Source: Planctomycetota bacterium (lineage in GTDB: Bacteria > Planctomycetota > B15-G4 > SIAN01). Taken from it: DNA of 64,000 nt. The notes under the pieces were generated by a model, which worked only from the letters and a program-made list of their open reading frames with translations, was not told the origin of the DNA and ran no database searches. This document shows positions 30,854 to 39,577 of the stretch, one piece after another. The DNA lies in NCBI GenBank assembly GCA_031409275.1, contig JANNXA010000051.1, forward strand, positions 1 through 64,000. Direction: 5' to 3'. Both the position numbers and the translations under genes were made by a program. How positions within the stretch are numbered: position 1 is the first letter of the stretch; the number at the start of each line of letters is the position of its first letter.

Positions 30854-31786
30854 TCACATCCCGAAATGCATCGCCACGCCGCACGCGGCGATCATCGAGC
30901 CGGCGAGCGCGTGTTGGAACCTCGCGAGTCGAGCGCTCCAGGCGGTCGGGAGCAGTTCGGTGGAACGCAGCGCGACGAGGACGACGGCCGTCATCGCGGT
31001 GAGCGTGGCGAGGGTGAAGGAGAGGACCACCAGCAGCCACAGACCGCGCTGACCGGCGACTTGCGGCGCCAACACCAGCGGCAGCAGCGGCTCGCAGGGG
31101 CCGAAGACGAAGATCGTGAAGAGGATCCACGGCGTGAAGCTGGGAGCGCGTCCGAGGATTCGGGCCAGGCCCGAGCCCGAGCGAGCTGGCCGAGCGCGAG
31201 GAGGAGCGACGACATCGACTTCGAGGGAAGTCGATGAGGAGCTCCGACGCTGCGATCGGTCGGCGCAGCCGGGCGAAGCCGGCTCGAAATACTCGGACGC
31301 GCTCCTAGGTCTCGCGGCGGCGGGCGCAACGTGCGGGTGCAGATGGGCCCCGTCGTGGCCGTGGCCGTGGCCGTGCACGGTGCCGTCGGCGTGGGCGTGG
31401 ACGTGTGTGTGGGTCGAGCCACGGAACGCGCGCTTCAGTCCCCACACGGCGTAGAGCGTCCCGAAGACGATCAGCGCCCACGTCGCCACCTTCGCCCGCA
31501 CGTCGGCGAACGCATCGACGGCGCCGGCCGCTCGCTCGAACGAGGTGAAGAGCAGCGCGCCCAACGCGGCCAGGAGGAGCGAACTCGTCACGTGACCGAG
31601 CCCGCACAGCAACGTCACCACCATCGTCTTCTTGCGCGACCAGTGCCCCGCCTTCGCCATCGCGATGAAGGGGAGGTAGTGATCGGGTCCGGCCAACGTG
31701 TGGACGAAGCCGACTCCAGTCGCGGCCGCGATGAACGAAAGGGAAGTGGCATCGAGAGCGAAGGGGAGGCCAAAAGGGAGACTCAT
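30854..31786 (-). CDS. His-rich Ni/Co transporter-like membrane protein (RcnA/UreH type) with in-frame insertion
   Basis: HTLAGPDHYLP, GLGHV, HxHxH tract, FGPCEP; about 55 extra aa come from a palindromic element. Confidence 0.8.
   Translation of the reverse strand: MSLPFGLPFALDATSLSFIAAATGVGFVHTLAGPDHYLPFIAMAKAGHWSRKKTMVVTLLCGLGHVTSSLLLAALGALLFTSFERAAGAVDAFADVRAKVATWALIVFGTLYAVWGLKRAFRGSTHTHVHAHADGTVHGHGHGHDGAHLHPHVAPAAARPRSASEYFEPASPGCADRSQRRSSSSTSLEVDVVAPPRARPARSGSGLARILGRAPSFTPWILFTIFVFGPCEPLLPLVLAPQVAGQRGLWLLVVLSFTLATLTAMTAVVLVALRSTELLPTAWSARLARFQHALAGSMIAACGVAMHFGM
31143..31305. mobile_element. MITE-like palindromic element inserted in frame
   Basis: 14-bp terminal inverted repeats GGAGCGCGTCCGAG (31143-31156) and CTCGGACGCGCTCC (31292-31305); central hairpin CATCGACTTC-GAGG-GAAGTCGATG; CTGG/CTAG at the junctions. 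Confidence 0.75.
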
Positions 31787-34700
31787 TCGCGGTCGCTTCC
31801 CGCTTCCATGCGGCGTGCGATCTTCGGCGTCCACGGTTGCCGCGCCGCCTTGGCCAACCACTCCTGCGCTTCGTCGGGCTTGCCGGTGAGGAAGGCGAAG
31901 ATCGCCTCCGCGCTCGGCGGCAGTCCGTGGCGATCGGGCCGGTCGGGCGCCACGATCGACTCGCGCGCCAGGCCGAGCACGGCACGTGCTTCGTCCCAAC
32001 CGGCCTTCGAGCCGGAGAGGAACAGCGCGATCCCGAGGTTCACCTGCGCCTCGACCAGCTTGGGATCGAGCTCGAGCGCGCGGCGCAACTCGATGGCGGC
32101 GTAGTTCAGCGCCTGCGACTCCTGCTCGGGCTTCACATGCCCCTCGTCGCAGACGCCGAGCAGGAAGGCCATGCCGCGCAGGTTCGAGAAGCGGGCGCGC
32201 GGGCCGATCGCCGCCTCGCTCTCGAGCGCCTTGGTGCCCTGCGCGACGCGGTCGTAGTGCCCCAGGCGCATCTGCGCCAGCAGCAACTGCACCAGCGTCT
32301 CCTGCGCCGGCACGTAGTCGGGCCGCTCGCGCAGCACCGCACCGGCGAGTTGGAACGCGTTCACCTCGAGGGCGTCGGGATCGTTGCCTTGCTGGCTCTT
32401 CGGCAGCGCTCGATTCGCCTGCGCCAGCAGGAGGTTCGTCTCCGCTTCGTAGAGCTGCCACATGCTGCGCGACGCGCCGGCGAGCTCGCGCTTCAACTCG
32501 ACCAGGCGCTTCTTGTCGACCGCGCTCTGCGTCATGCGGCTGACGATGTCTTCCTTCAGATCGAAGAGGCGCAGGCGGTTGTGGAGCGCGACCACGGCAT
32601 CGGACTCGACACGACGCGAGGCGTCGAACTCGACGCGCGGCGCGTCGGCGGTGACGATCCCGGTCGCGTCGAACTTCTCGCGGAAGAACCACTCGTCGGC
32701 GACGTAGAGCGCGAGGAAGTCACGCACGTCGGCGATCCCGAGCTTGGTGAGCTCCGGCAACAGCCGATGGCCTGCCAACCGCGCCTCGAGCTTGACGACG
32801 TCGATCTCGAGCCGCTCGCGCCCGGCCACGAGGCCGAGCACCGGCAGGCCGAACTCGGGCCGCGCGAGCCACAGCGTCGCGCCATCGAAGACCTCGCAGA
32901 AGGTGCGGCCGATCGCGCCGATCTCCTCCCAACGCAGCTGATGGGCCGGCAGCCACTGGCAGAAGAGCCCGCCTTCGGCGAGCAGTCCCTTCACCCGCTC
33001 GAAGTGCTCGCGCGAGTAGAGCTCGCCTGTGCCCGTCTCCCACGGGAAGAAGAGGTCGCCGACCACCAGGTCGTAGCTGCCCGGCGCCGCAGCGCGCACG
33101 AAGCTGCGGCCGTCGCCGGCATGCAGGTGCACGCGCGGATCACGCTGGATCTGGCCATTCTCTGCCGCGAAGAAGGGCAACGCCGTGAGGACCGACGGCA
33201 GCAGTTCGACCGCGTCGATCTCCTGGCAGCCGACGTCGCGCAAGGCAGCGACGGTCACTCCCGCCCCGACCCCGATCGCCAGCGCGCGCTTGGGATCGGG
33301 ATGGAGCAGCGCCGGCAGGTAGCCCTGCATCGACTCGACGCGCGACTCGCCGCTGCCACCGAGCGCGAGCTGATCGTTCACCGCCAGCACCTTCTCGCCG
33401 TCAGGATGGACGATCACGGCGACGTTGGCCGCGCTGTCCTCGACGTAGTGGACGACGAAGCCGCCGCGCTCGCCCACCACGCGCTGCACGAAGAGCAGCG
33501 GCTCGGAGAACGAGGAGCGACCGAGCAACGGCGCGAAGGCGAGCAGCGCCGCCACCGCGACCGTCGCCATCAGCCAGCGCGCACGGCCGATCAGCAGCGC
33601 GCGGCCGTTTCGCACGCACGCGAGCAGCAGCACCACCGACAGCGGCAGGAGCGCGAGCGCAAAGAGCAGTGCTTTCATCCCGAAGGTCGGCAGCAACACG
33701 CTGGGCACGAACGCGCCCGCGATCCCAGCGCCCGCCGCCCACGCGCCGGAAAGCAGCGCGACGGAGCGACCGAAACGGGAAGCCGCGCGTGGCAGCAGCT
33801 CGCACGCGCACGGGAAAGCGATCGCCGTGGCGAACGCGGCCGGCCCCGCGATCAGCAGCGCACCGAGGCACTCGTGCAGCAGGCGGCCATTCCACGTCAC
33901 CGCGCTCTCGCCGAAACGCCAGAAGGAGAGCAGGTCGGAATGGGCCATCACGCGCAGCAGCAGCAACGCCAGCAGCGGTGCGATGACGGCGGCCGCATGG
34001 CCGATCAGGTAACCGCCGGCGGCACGTCGTCGCGACAGCGCGGTGCCAAGCGCGGTGCCGAGCGCGCTCGCGCCAAGCCACGCCGCGAGCAACACGCCCA
34101 GCGAATCCTGGCTGCCGCGCGCGGTCTGGGCCAGGCCGCGAAACAGCAGCAGCTCGAGCGCCAACACGCCAAAGCCATTCAGCAGCGCCGCGCCCACCAG
34201 GAACGGCAGCGGAAGCGCCGGGGTCGAGTCACCCGTAGCAGCCGCGCTTTCGTTGACGCTGGCGCGCGGCTCTTCCGGCAGCTCTTCCGGCAGTTCTTCC
34301 GGCGGCGTCTCCTGTCGCGCGAGCCAGAAGGCGACCAGTGCCACCAGCAGGTTGAGGCTCGACCCCAGCAACCAGGTCGCCTGGATGCCGAGCGTGCGCA
34401 GCGTCACCAGCGTGGCGAGCAGGGCGCCCGCCATGGCGCCGAGCGTGCTGGCGACTTGCAATCCACCCGCCGCGAGGCCGCGCGCCCGCGTCGCCGCGCG
34501 CAACCGAGCGAGGAAGGGCAGCGTCGCGCCGAGCGCGCCGACAGGCACCACCAGCAAGACAACGCACAGGAGGAGTCGCAGGCCGGGACGCGCGTCGCCG
34601 GCCACTTCGGCGCGCGCGAAGCCGTCGGCGACGCCGTCAAGTCGATGCAACACCCAGGAGGCAGCGAAACCACCGAGCGCCGCGACCGCTTCGAGCCAGG

Positions 34701-34980
34701 CGTAGGCGCGCAGCGGCGACTTCACGCGATCGGCGCGAGCGCCCACCAGCCAGGCGCCGAGCGCGAGGCAGACGAGGAAGGCGCCGCCCACCGCGCCAAG
34801 CGATGCCGCGGCCGACCCGAACAACTCGAGGAAGGCGCGCACCGCGGCGATCTCGAGCAGCAGGCTGGCGGCGCCCGACGCGAAGAAGAGCAGCGCAACG
34901 ATGCTGGCCGGATCGATGCTGGCCGAATCGAAGCTGGCCCGATCGGGCGCCGACGGAACCGGACGAGCGCGTTCATTCAT
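31783..34980 (-). CDS. Fused multi-TM / spermidine synthase-like methyltransferase-fold protein with C-terminal TPR
   Basis: About 13 TM helices (FFASGAASLLLEI), IGVGAG, VEL, DGRSFV, DLVVGDLF, LYSREHF, QWLP, TPR tail. Confidence 0.85.
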   Translation of the reverse strand: MNERARPVPSAPDRASFDSASIDPASIVALLFFASGAASLLLEIAAVRAFLELFGSAAASLGAVGGAFLVCLALGAWLVGARADRVKSPLRAYAWLEAVAALGGFAASWVLHRLDGVADGFARAEVAGDARPGLRLLLCVVLLVVPVGALGATLPFLARLRAATRARGLAAGGLQVASTLGAMAGALLATLVTLRTLGIQATWLLGSSLNLLVALVAFWLARQETPPEELPEELPEEPRASVNESAAATGDSTPALPLPFLVGAALLNGFGVLALELLLFRGLAQTARGSQDSLGVLLAAWLGASALGTALGTALSRRRAAGGYLIGHAAAVIAPLLALLLLRVMAHSDLLSFWRFGESAVTWNGRLLHECLGALLIAGPAAFATAIAFPCACELLPRAASRFGRSVALLSGAWAAGAGIAGAFVPSVLLPTFGMKALLFALALLPLSVVLLLACVRNGRALLIGRARWLMATVAVAALLAFAPLLGRSSFSEPLLFVQRVVGERGGFVVHYVEDSAANVAVIVHPDGEKVLAVNDQLALGGSGESRVESMQGYLPALLHPDPKRALAIGVGAGVTVAALRDVGCQEIDAVELLPSVLTALPFFAAENGQIQRDPRVHLHAGDGRSFVRAAAPGSYDLVVGDLFFPWETGTGELYSREHFERVKGLLAEGGLFCQWLPAHQLRWEEIGAIGRTFCEVFDGATLWLARPEFGLPVLGLVAGRERLEIDVVKLEARLAGHRLLPELTKLGIADVRDFLALYVADEWFFREKFDATGIVTADAPRVEFDASRRVESDAVVALHNRLRLFDLKEDIVSRMTQSAVDKKRLVELKRELAGASRSMWQLYEAETNLLLAQANRALPKSQQGNDPDALEVNAFQLAGAVLRERPDYVPAQETLVQLLLAQMRLGHYDRVAQGTKALESEAAIGPRARFSNLRGMAFLLGVCDEGHVKPEQESQALNYAAIELRRALELDPKLVEAQVNLGIALFLSGSKAGWDEARAVLGLARESIVAPDRPDRHGLPPSAEAIFAFLTGKPDEAQEWLAKAARQPWTPKIARRMEAGSDRE

Positions 34981-35479
34981 ATTCGAAGTAACCGTGCAAC
35001 TGGCTGCGTTGGACGATGGCGTAGGGCAGGTTCTTGAACGCTTCGAGCTCGCTCTTCTGCTCTTCGGCGATGCCTCGCAGCAGCGGCTCGACGACGACGA
35101 AGAACTCGTCGCTGCCGGCCGGGTCGAGCGATTCGCGACGCACGCGCCCCACCATCTCGAGCCGCGACGGCGGCCGGAAATAGGCGCTCACCATGCGGAA
35201 GTCGGGCGTCTGTCCCTGCGCCAGCCGCTTGCGAATCGGATCGCCCGCGAGGTCGAGGAACTCGTGGGCGAAGAGGACATCGGAGAGGCGCACCATCGCG
35301 CGCCGAGCGGCGATCTTCTCGCCGGTGTGCAGGTCGCCGAAGGTGACGTTGTCGATGGGCAACCATGGCCGCCGGGCGGCGTTCAGGAAACTCGAGAGGC
35401 GCAGATCGCCAGTGCGCGCGTTGCCTTTCACGACGAAGCGCGCCGTGACGAACAGGTGGTTGACGATCGAAAGGTCCAT
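34973..35479 (-). CDS. Hypothetical protein (DUF6812-like, two similar halves)
   Basis: RLSSFLN...WLPIDNV...DVLFAHE, with a second half EFFVVVEP...AIVQR; AGGA RBS; overlaps the next gene. Confidence 0.7.
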   Translation of the reverse strand: MDLSIVNHLFVTARFVVKGNARTGDLRLSSFLNAARRPWLPIDNVTFGDLHTGEKIAARRAMVRLSDVLFAHEFLDLAGDPIRKRLAQGQTPDFRMVSAYFRPPSRLEMVGRVRRESLDPAGSDEFFVVVEPLLRGIAEEQKSELEAFKNLPYAIVQRSQLHGYFEYE

Positions 35480-35489
35480 GGCGTCCTGC

Positions 35490-36863
35490 TCAGGTCGCCC
35501 CGCGCGGCCGCGGCGGCATCGCCCCCGCCAGCCAGTACGAACCGGTGACGAGCAGGGCGCCATGCTTCCCGGCGCAGCGCCGCGCCAACGCCCACCCCGC
35601 CGCCGGGGAGCGCACGGGGCGCGCCATGATCCCAAGCGAGCGAGCGACTGCCACGATTTCTTTCGGGTCGAAGCCGGTGCCATCGGGAACGACGGTCGCA
35701 ACGACCGGGCCGCACGCGGCGGCCAGCGCGCGCAGGCAGGCGGCGAGCGGTTTGTCGCGCTTCAAGGCGAACAGCACCACGGGACGGCGGCCCGACAATG
35801 CCGCGACGTCGAGGACGACCGCGCGCAGCGACTTTGGCGTGTGCGCCCCGTCGCGCCAGGTGCGCGGCCGCTCGGCAACCACCTCGAGCCGGCCGGGGAG
35901 GTGGACGGTTTCGAAGGCTGCGGCAATGCGCTCCTCGTCGACGACGAGTTCGAGTTCCGGACGGCGGCGGCCAAGCTCCACCACTGCCGCCAGCGCCAGA
36001 GCGGCATTGCGCGCGGCGTAGCGGCCGCCGGACGGCGCGGGCAGATCGGTGAAGGTACGTCGCCCGATTCGGATCGTCATGCGGCCGGCACGGCAGCGCA
36101 GCGCCAGCGCGCGCCCCCATTCGAGCAGCGGCGACGCCTGAGCGCGCGCGACCCGCCGGATCACGGCCGCCTCCCCTCGATGCGCCGACACGCCCGACAG
36201 CGCGCTCGCCCCGCGCTTGAAGATGCCCGCCTTCTGCGCCGCGATCGCCGCGAGCGTCTTGCCGAGGATCGCCACGTGCTCGCGCTCGATCGAGGTGACG
36301 ACGGCGACGGCGCTCGCCACGACGTTGGTGGCGTCGCGCAGCCCGCCGATGCCGACCTCCACCACGGCGACGTCGACGCGCGCGCGGCGAAACGCGACGA
36401 AGGCGGCCACCGTGAGCGCTTCGAAGAGCGTGGGCGCGCCGAGGCGGGCGCGGCGCGCGGCACGCAGCACCGCTTCGAGGCAGCGTCCCAGCCCCGCGGT
36501 CGCGAGCGGGCGGCCGTCGACGGCGATCCGCTCGTTCCAGCGCTCGACGTGCGGCGAGGTGTAGGTGCCGACGCTCACGCCATGGGCTCGCAGCAGCGCT
36601 GTCGCCAGCAGGCAGACCGACCCTTTGCCTTTCGAACCGGCCACATGGATCACCGGCACGCCACGCAGCGGATCGTCGAGCGCCGTCACCAGTGCCGCCG
36701 TCCGCTCCAGCGACAAGAGCACCTCGCCGCGGCGAAAACGGGGATCGCGTTCGAGATTGGGGAGCGTACGTGCCAGCTGCTCGATCGACGCCGCATCGCG
36801 CAGCGGCAGGCGCAAGGCCTTCCACCAGCTCGGAGCGGTCACGATCCTGGGTCCGGGAGCCAT
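35490..36863 (-). CDS. folC: Folylpolyglutamate synthase / dihydrofolate synthase
   Basis: HVAGSKGKGS, YTSPH, EVGIGGLRDATN, PGRLE, DGAH, VTGS. Confidence 0.93.
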   Translation of the reverse strand: MAPGPRIVTAPSWWKALRLPLRDAASIEQLARTLPNLERDPRFRRGEVLLSLERTAALVTALDDPLRGVPVIHVAGSKGKGSVCLLATALLRAHGVSVGTYTSPHVERWNERIAVDGRPLATAGLGRCLEAVLRAARRARLGAPTLFEALTVAAFVAFRRARVDVAVVEVGIGGLRDATNVVASAVAVVTSIEREHVAILGKTLAAIAAQKAGIFKRGASALSGVSAHRGEAAVIRRVARAQASPLLEWGRALALRCRAGRMTIRIGRRTFTDLPAPSGGRYAARNAALALAAVVELGRRRPELELVVDEERIAAAFETVHLPGRLEVVAERPRTWRDGAHTPKSLRAVVLDVAALSGRRPVVLFALKRDKPLAACLRALAAACGPVVATVVPDGTGFDPKEIVAVARSLGIMARPVRSPAAGWALARRCAGKHGALLVTGSYWLAGAMPPRPRGAT

Positions 36864-36989
36864 CGGCGGCAGCCTAACGCTCGTCAGCACCCTTCCCCTC
36901 AGGGGGGTGCCGTCCCAGAATCGCGAACCAGCGCGCCGGCTCCTCCGTTTCGCACGCTGCTTCCACCGGCTCGACTGGATGAGAACCCC

Positions 36990-38411
36990 GTGGCACTGAT
37001 TCCACCGTCGCTTCCCTTCTCCCGACGTGGCCCTCCGCGTTCGCCGAAGTCGCAACTCGTCGTCATGACGTTCCTCTTCGCCGTGGTGCTCGGCCTGTTC
37101 ACCTACCTTCGCGTCACCGACAAGCCGCCCGCGCAAAGCACGCCCATCGACACCAGCGTCGCGCCGCTCGAATCGGAGAACGCGCCGCCAGCGACGCGAA
37201 TCGACTTCGACCTGCTGAAGGAGGTCACCGACTCGACCGAGGCGCAACGCATCGTTCGCGAGCCCGAGCCCTTCCTCCACGTGCTGCTCGAAGCAGGCAA
37301 GCTCGTCGCCGGCGACTTCCGCCGGATGAAGGCGCCCTACGCCGACGACGCGCTCTATCAGCAGATCCTCGATCAGCCGGACGCCTGGCGCGGCAAACCG
37401 GTGATCGCGAAGGCGCGCTTCAACTTCGCCACCGAGGAGAAGGTGCCGCTGCGCGACGACACCGGCGCCGGGACCGAATCAACCTTCCGCTACTGGCGCG
37501 GCGTCGCCACCGACGATCTCGGTCGCGCCTGGTCGTTCTCCCTGCTCGAGCCGCCCGACGCGATCGCGCCCGGCGAGGTGATCAAGATCGAGGGCTTCTT
37601 CTTCAAGAAGCTGGCGCTCTTCGATCCGGCGGACCCGGCGCAGCTGATCGACCCGACGCTGCACCTGATCGGCAAGCGCGTGGTGAAGTCGTTCCTGCGC
37701 ATGCCGCCCGTCCACGAACTCTCGCGCTCGATCCTGCAGACCGTGCGCGACTACTCGATCGAGGATCGCCTCGAGATCCCCGAAGAGCCGCTCTGGCACG
37801 TCCTCTCCTACGTGCAGCAGATCGACGCGGACGCGCTGGCGGCCGCCGCCGAAGAGGACACCATCAGCGACGTCGACGCTCGCTACCTCACCAATCAGGC
37901 GCTGCAGCAGGATCCCGAGCAGTACCGCGGATCGCCGGTGCGGCTGCTCGGCAGCGTCAGCGCCGAACAACGCCCGTGGTTCAAGGACGACGAGAACCCG
38001 CTCGACCTGCCGATGGTCTGGCACAGCCTGCTGGTGCACAACGGGCCGAAGTTCACCTACCTGATCTCGACCGAGCGCCCGCCCGAATGGGTCAGCGGCC
38101 AGGCGACCGTCATCGTCGAAGGCGTCTTCCTCAAGCTCTACACCTACCAGGCGATGAACCGGCAGACCGTCACCTGCCCGCTGGTGGTGGTGAAGCGCTT
38201 CGTGCCGTTTCGCATCGGCACCGATGAACTGAAGTCGACCTTCTCCTGGGGACTGGTCGCCCTCTCCGCGCCGATCCTGCTCGGGCTGCTGTGGATGGCG
38301 ATGCGCGATCGCAACGCCGCCGCGGAGTTGCGGGTCGCCCAGGAACAGCGGCGCACCCGTCGTCGCGCGGGAACGGCGGCGGGCAGCGCCGAGCGCTCGA
38401 CGAGCGGGTAA
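36990..38411 (+). CDS. Hypothetical membrane protein with duplicated extracytoplasmic domain
   Basis: N- and C-terminal TM helices; two repeats PDAWRGKPV...IEGFFFK and PEQYRGSPV...VEGVFLK; start codon uncertain. Confidence 0.75.
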   Translation: MALIPPSLPFSRRGPPRSPKSQLVVMTFLFAVVLGLFTYLRVTDKPPAQSTPIDTSVAPLESENAPPATRIDFDLLKEVTDSTEAQRIVREPEPFLHVLLEAGKLVAGDFRRMKAPYADDALYQQILDQPDAWRGKPVIAKARFNFATEEKVPLRDDTGAGTESTFRYWRGVATDDLGRAWSFSLLEPPDAIAPGEVIKIEGFFFKKLALFDPADPAQLIDPTLHLIGKRVVKSFLRMPPVHELSRSILQTVRDYSIEDRLEIPEEPLWHVLSYVQQIDADALAAAAEEDTISDVDARYLTNQALQQDPEQYRGSPVRLLGSVSAEQRPWFKDDENPLDLPMVWHSLLVHNGPKFTYLISTERPPEWVSGQATVIVEGVFLKLYTYQAMNRQTVTCPLVVVKRFVPFRIGTDELKSTFSWGLVALSAPILLGLLWMAMRDRNAAAELRVAQEQRRTRRRAGTAAGSAERSTSG

Positions 38412-38421
38412 CCTCCCGCCG

Positions 38422-39561
38422 ATGCTCGACCGCTCGCTGAAGACGACTCACGCCGCTGCCTGCCGCCTCCGTGGCGAGCGCGGCGCGCTGGCCCACCTCG
38501 GCCGCTGGCTCGCCGAACTGCTGCCGTCGCCGCGAAAAGTCGCGATCGTCTCGGACCGCAACGTCGCCCCGTTCTGGCTGAAGTCGGCGGAGGCGGCGCT
38601 GAAGCAGGCGGGCTTCGTGACCCACGCGGTCCTGCTCCCACCCGGCGAGGAGAGCAAGTCGCTCAAGATCCTCGGCAACCTGTGGGATCGACTGCTGACC
38701 TTCGGCATCGAGCGCGACAGCGTGATCGTCGCGCTCGGTGGCGGCGTGGTCGGCGACCTCGCCGGCTTCGCGGCGGCGACGCTGCTGCGCGGACTGCCGA
38801 TCGTGCAGGTGCCGACTTCCCTGGTGGGCCAGGTCGACGCGGCGATCGGCGGCAAGACCGGCATCAACCGGCCGCTCGGCAAGAACCTGGTCGGCGCCTT
38901 CCATCAGCCGGCGCTCGTCGTGATCGACCCCGACCTGCTCGCCACGTTGCCCGATCGCGAGTACCGCTCCGGCCTCGCCGAGGTGATCAAGTACGGCTAC
39001 CTGCGCGCGCCCGACCTGCTGGCGAAGCTGCGCGAGGCGGGCGACCTCGAGACGCTGCGCGCGCGCCCGGAACTGGTCGACGCGCTGGTGCAACGCTGCG
39101 CCGAACTGAAGATCGATCTGGTCGAGAAGGACGAGCGCGAAGCGGGCGAGCGCGCGCTGCTCAATTTCGGACACACCACCGGCCACGCGCTCGAAGCAGC
39201 GGACGGCTACCGCAACCTGCTCCACGGCGAGGCGGTCGCCATCGGCATGGTCGCGGCCACCTTCCTCGCCGTCGACCTCGGGGTCGCCGCGCCGACCTTG
39301 CCGGCCGAAGTGAGCGAACTGCTCGAACGCTACGGCCTGCCCATCGCGACGCCATTCGCCTCGGCCGACTTGCTGCCCTACCTGCGCACGGACAAGAAGC
39401 GCGCGGCCGGCAAGAGCCGCTGGATCCTCGTCGAGCGCGAGGGATCGGCCTGCATCGTCGAGGATCCGCCCGCCGCCAGCGTCGAGCGCGCGTTGACCGC
39501 GGTCCACCGCGAACCCGCTTCCGACGAGCTCCCGCACGAGTCGGCGCGCGAAGACGGCTGA
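38422..39561 (+). CDS. aroB: 3-dehydroquinate synthase
   Basis: GEESK, LGGGVVGDLAGF, DAAIGGKTG, KNLVGAFHQP, LNFGHT, HGEAV. Confidence 0.97.
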   Translation: MLDRSLKTTHAAACRLRGERGALAHLGRWLAELLPSPRKVAIVSDRNVAPFWLKSAEAALKQAGFVTHAVLLPPGEESKSLKILGNLWDRLLTFGIERDSVIVALGGGVVGDLAGFAAATLLRGLPIVQVPTSLVGQVDAAIGGKTGINRPLGKNLVGAFHQPALVVIDPDLLATLPDREYRSGLAEVIKYGYLRAPDLLAKLREAGDLETLRARPELVDALVQRCAELKIDLVEKDEREAGERALLNFGHTTGHALEAADGYRNLLHGEAVAIGMVAATFLAVDLGVAAPTLPAEVSELLERYGLPIATPFASADLLPYLRTDKKRAAGKSRWILVEREGSACIVEDPPAASVERALTAVHREPASDELPHESAREDG

Positions 39562-39577
39562 TCGCTTCGGAGAGCCG

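Noticed and set aside
34270..34945. Short tandem repeats (12-bp PEEL units, 15-bp DxASx units)
   Set aside because: In-frame low-complexity linkers of the membrane protein; not CRISPR, no spacers.
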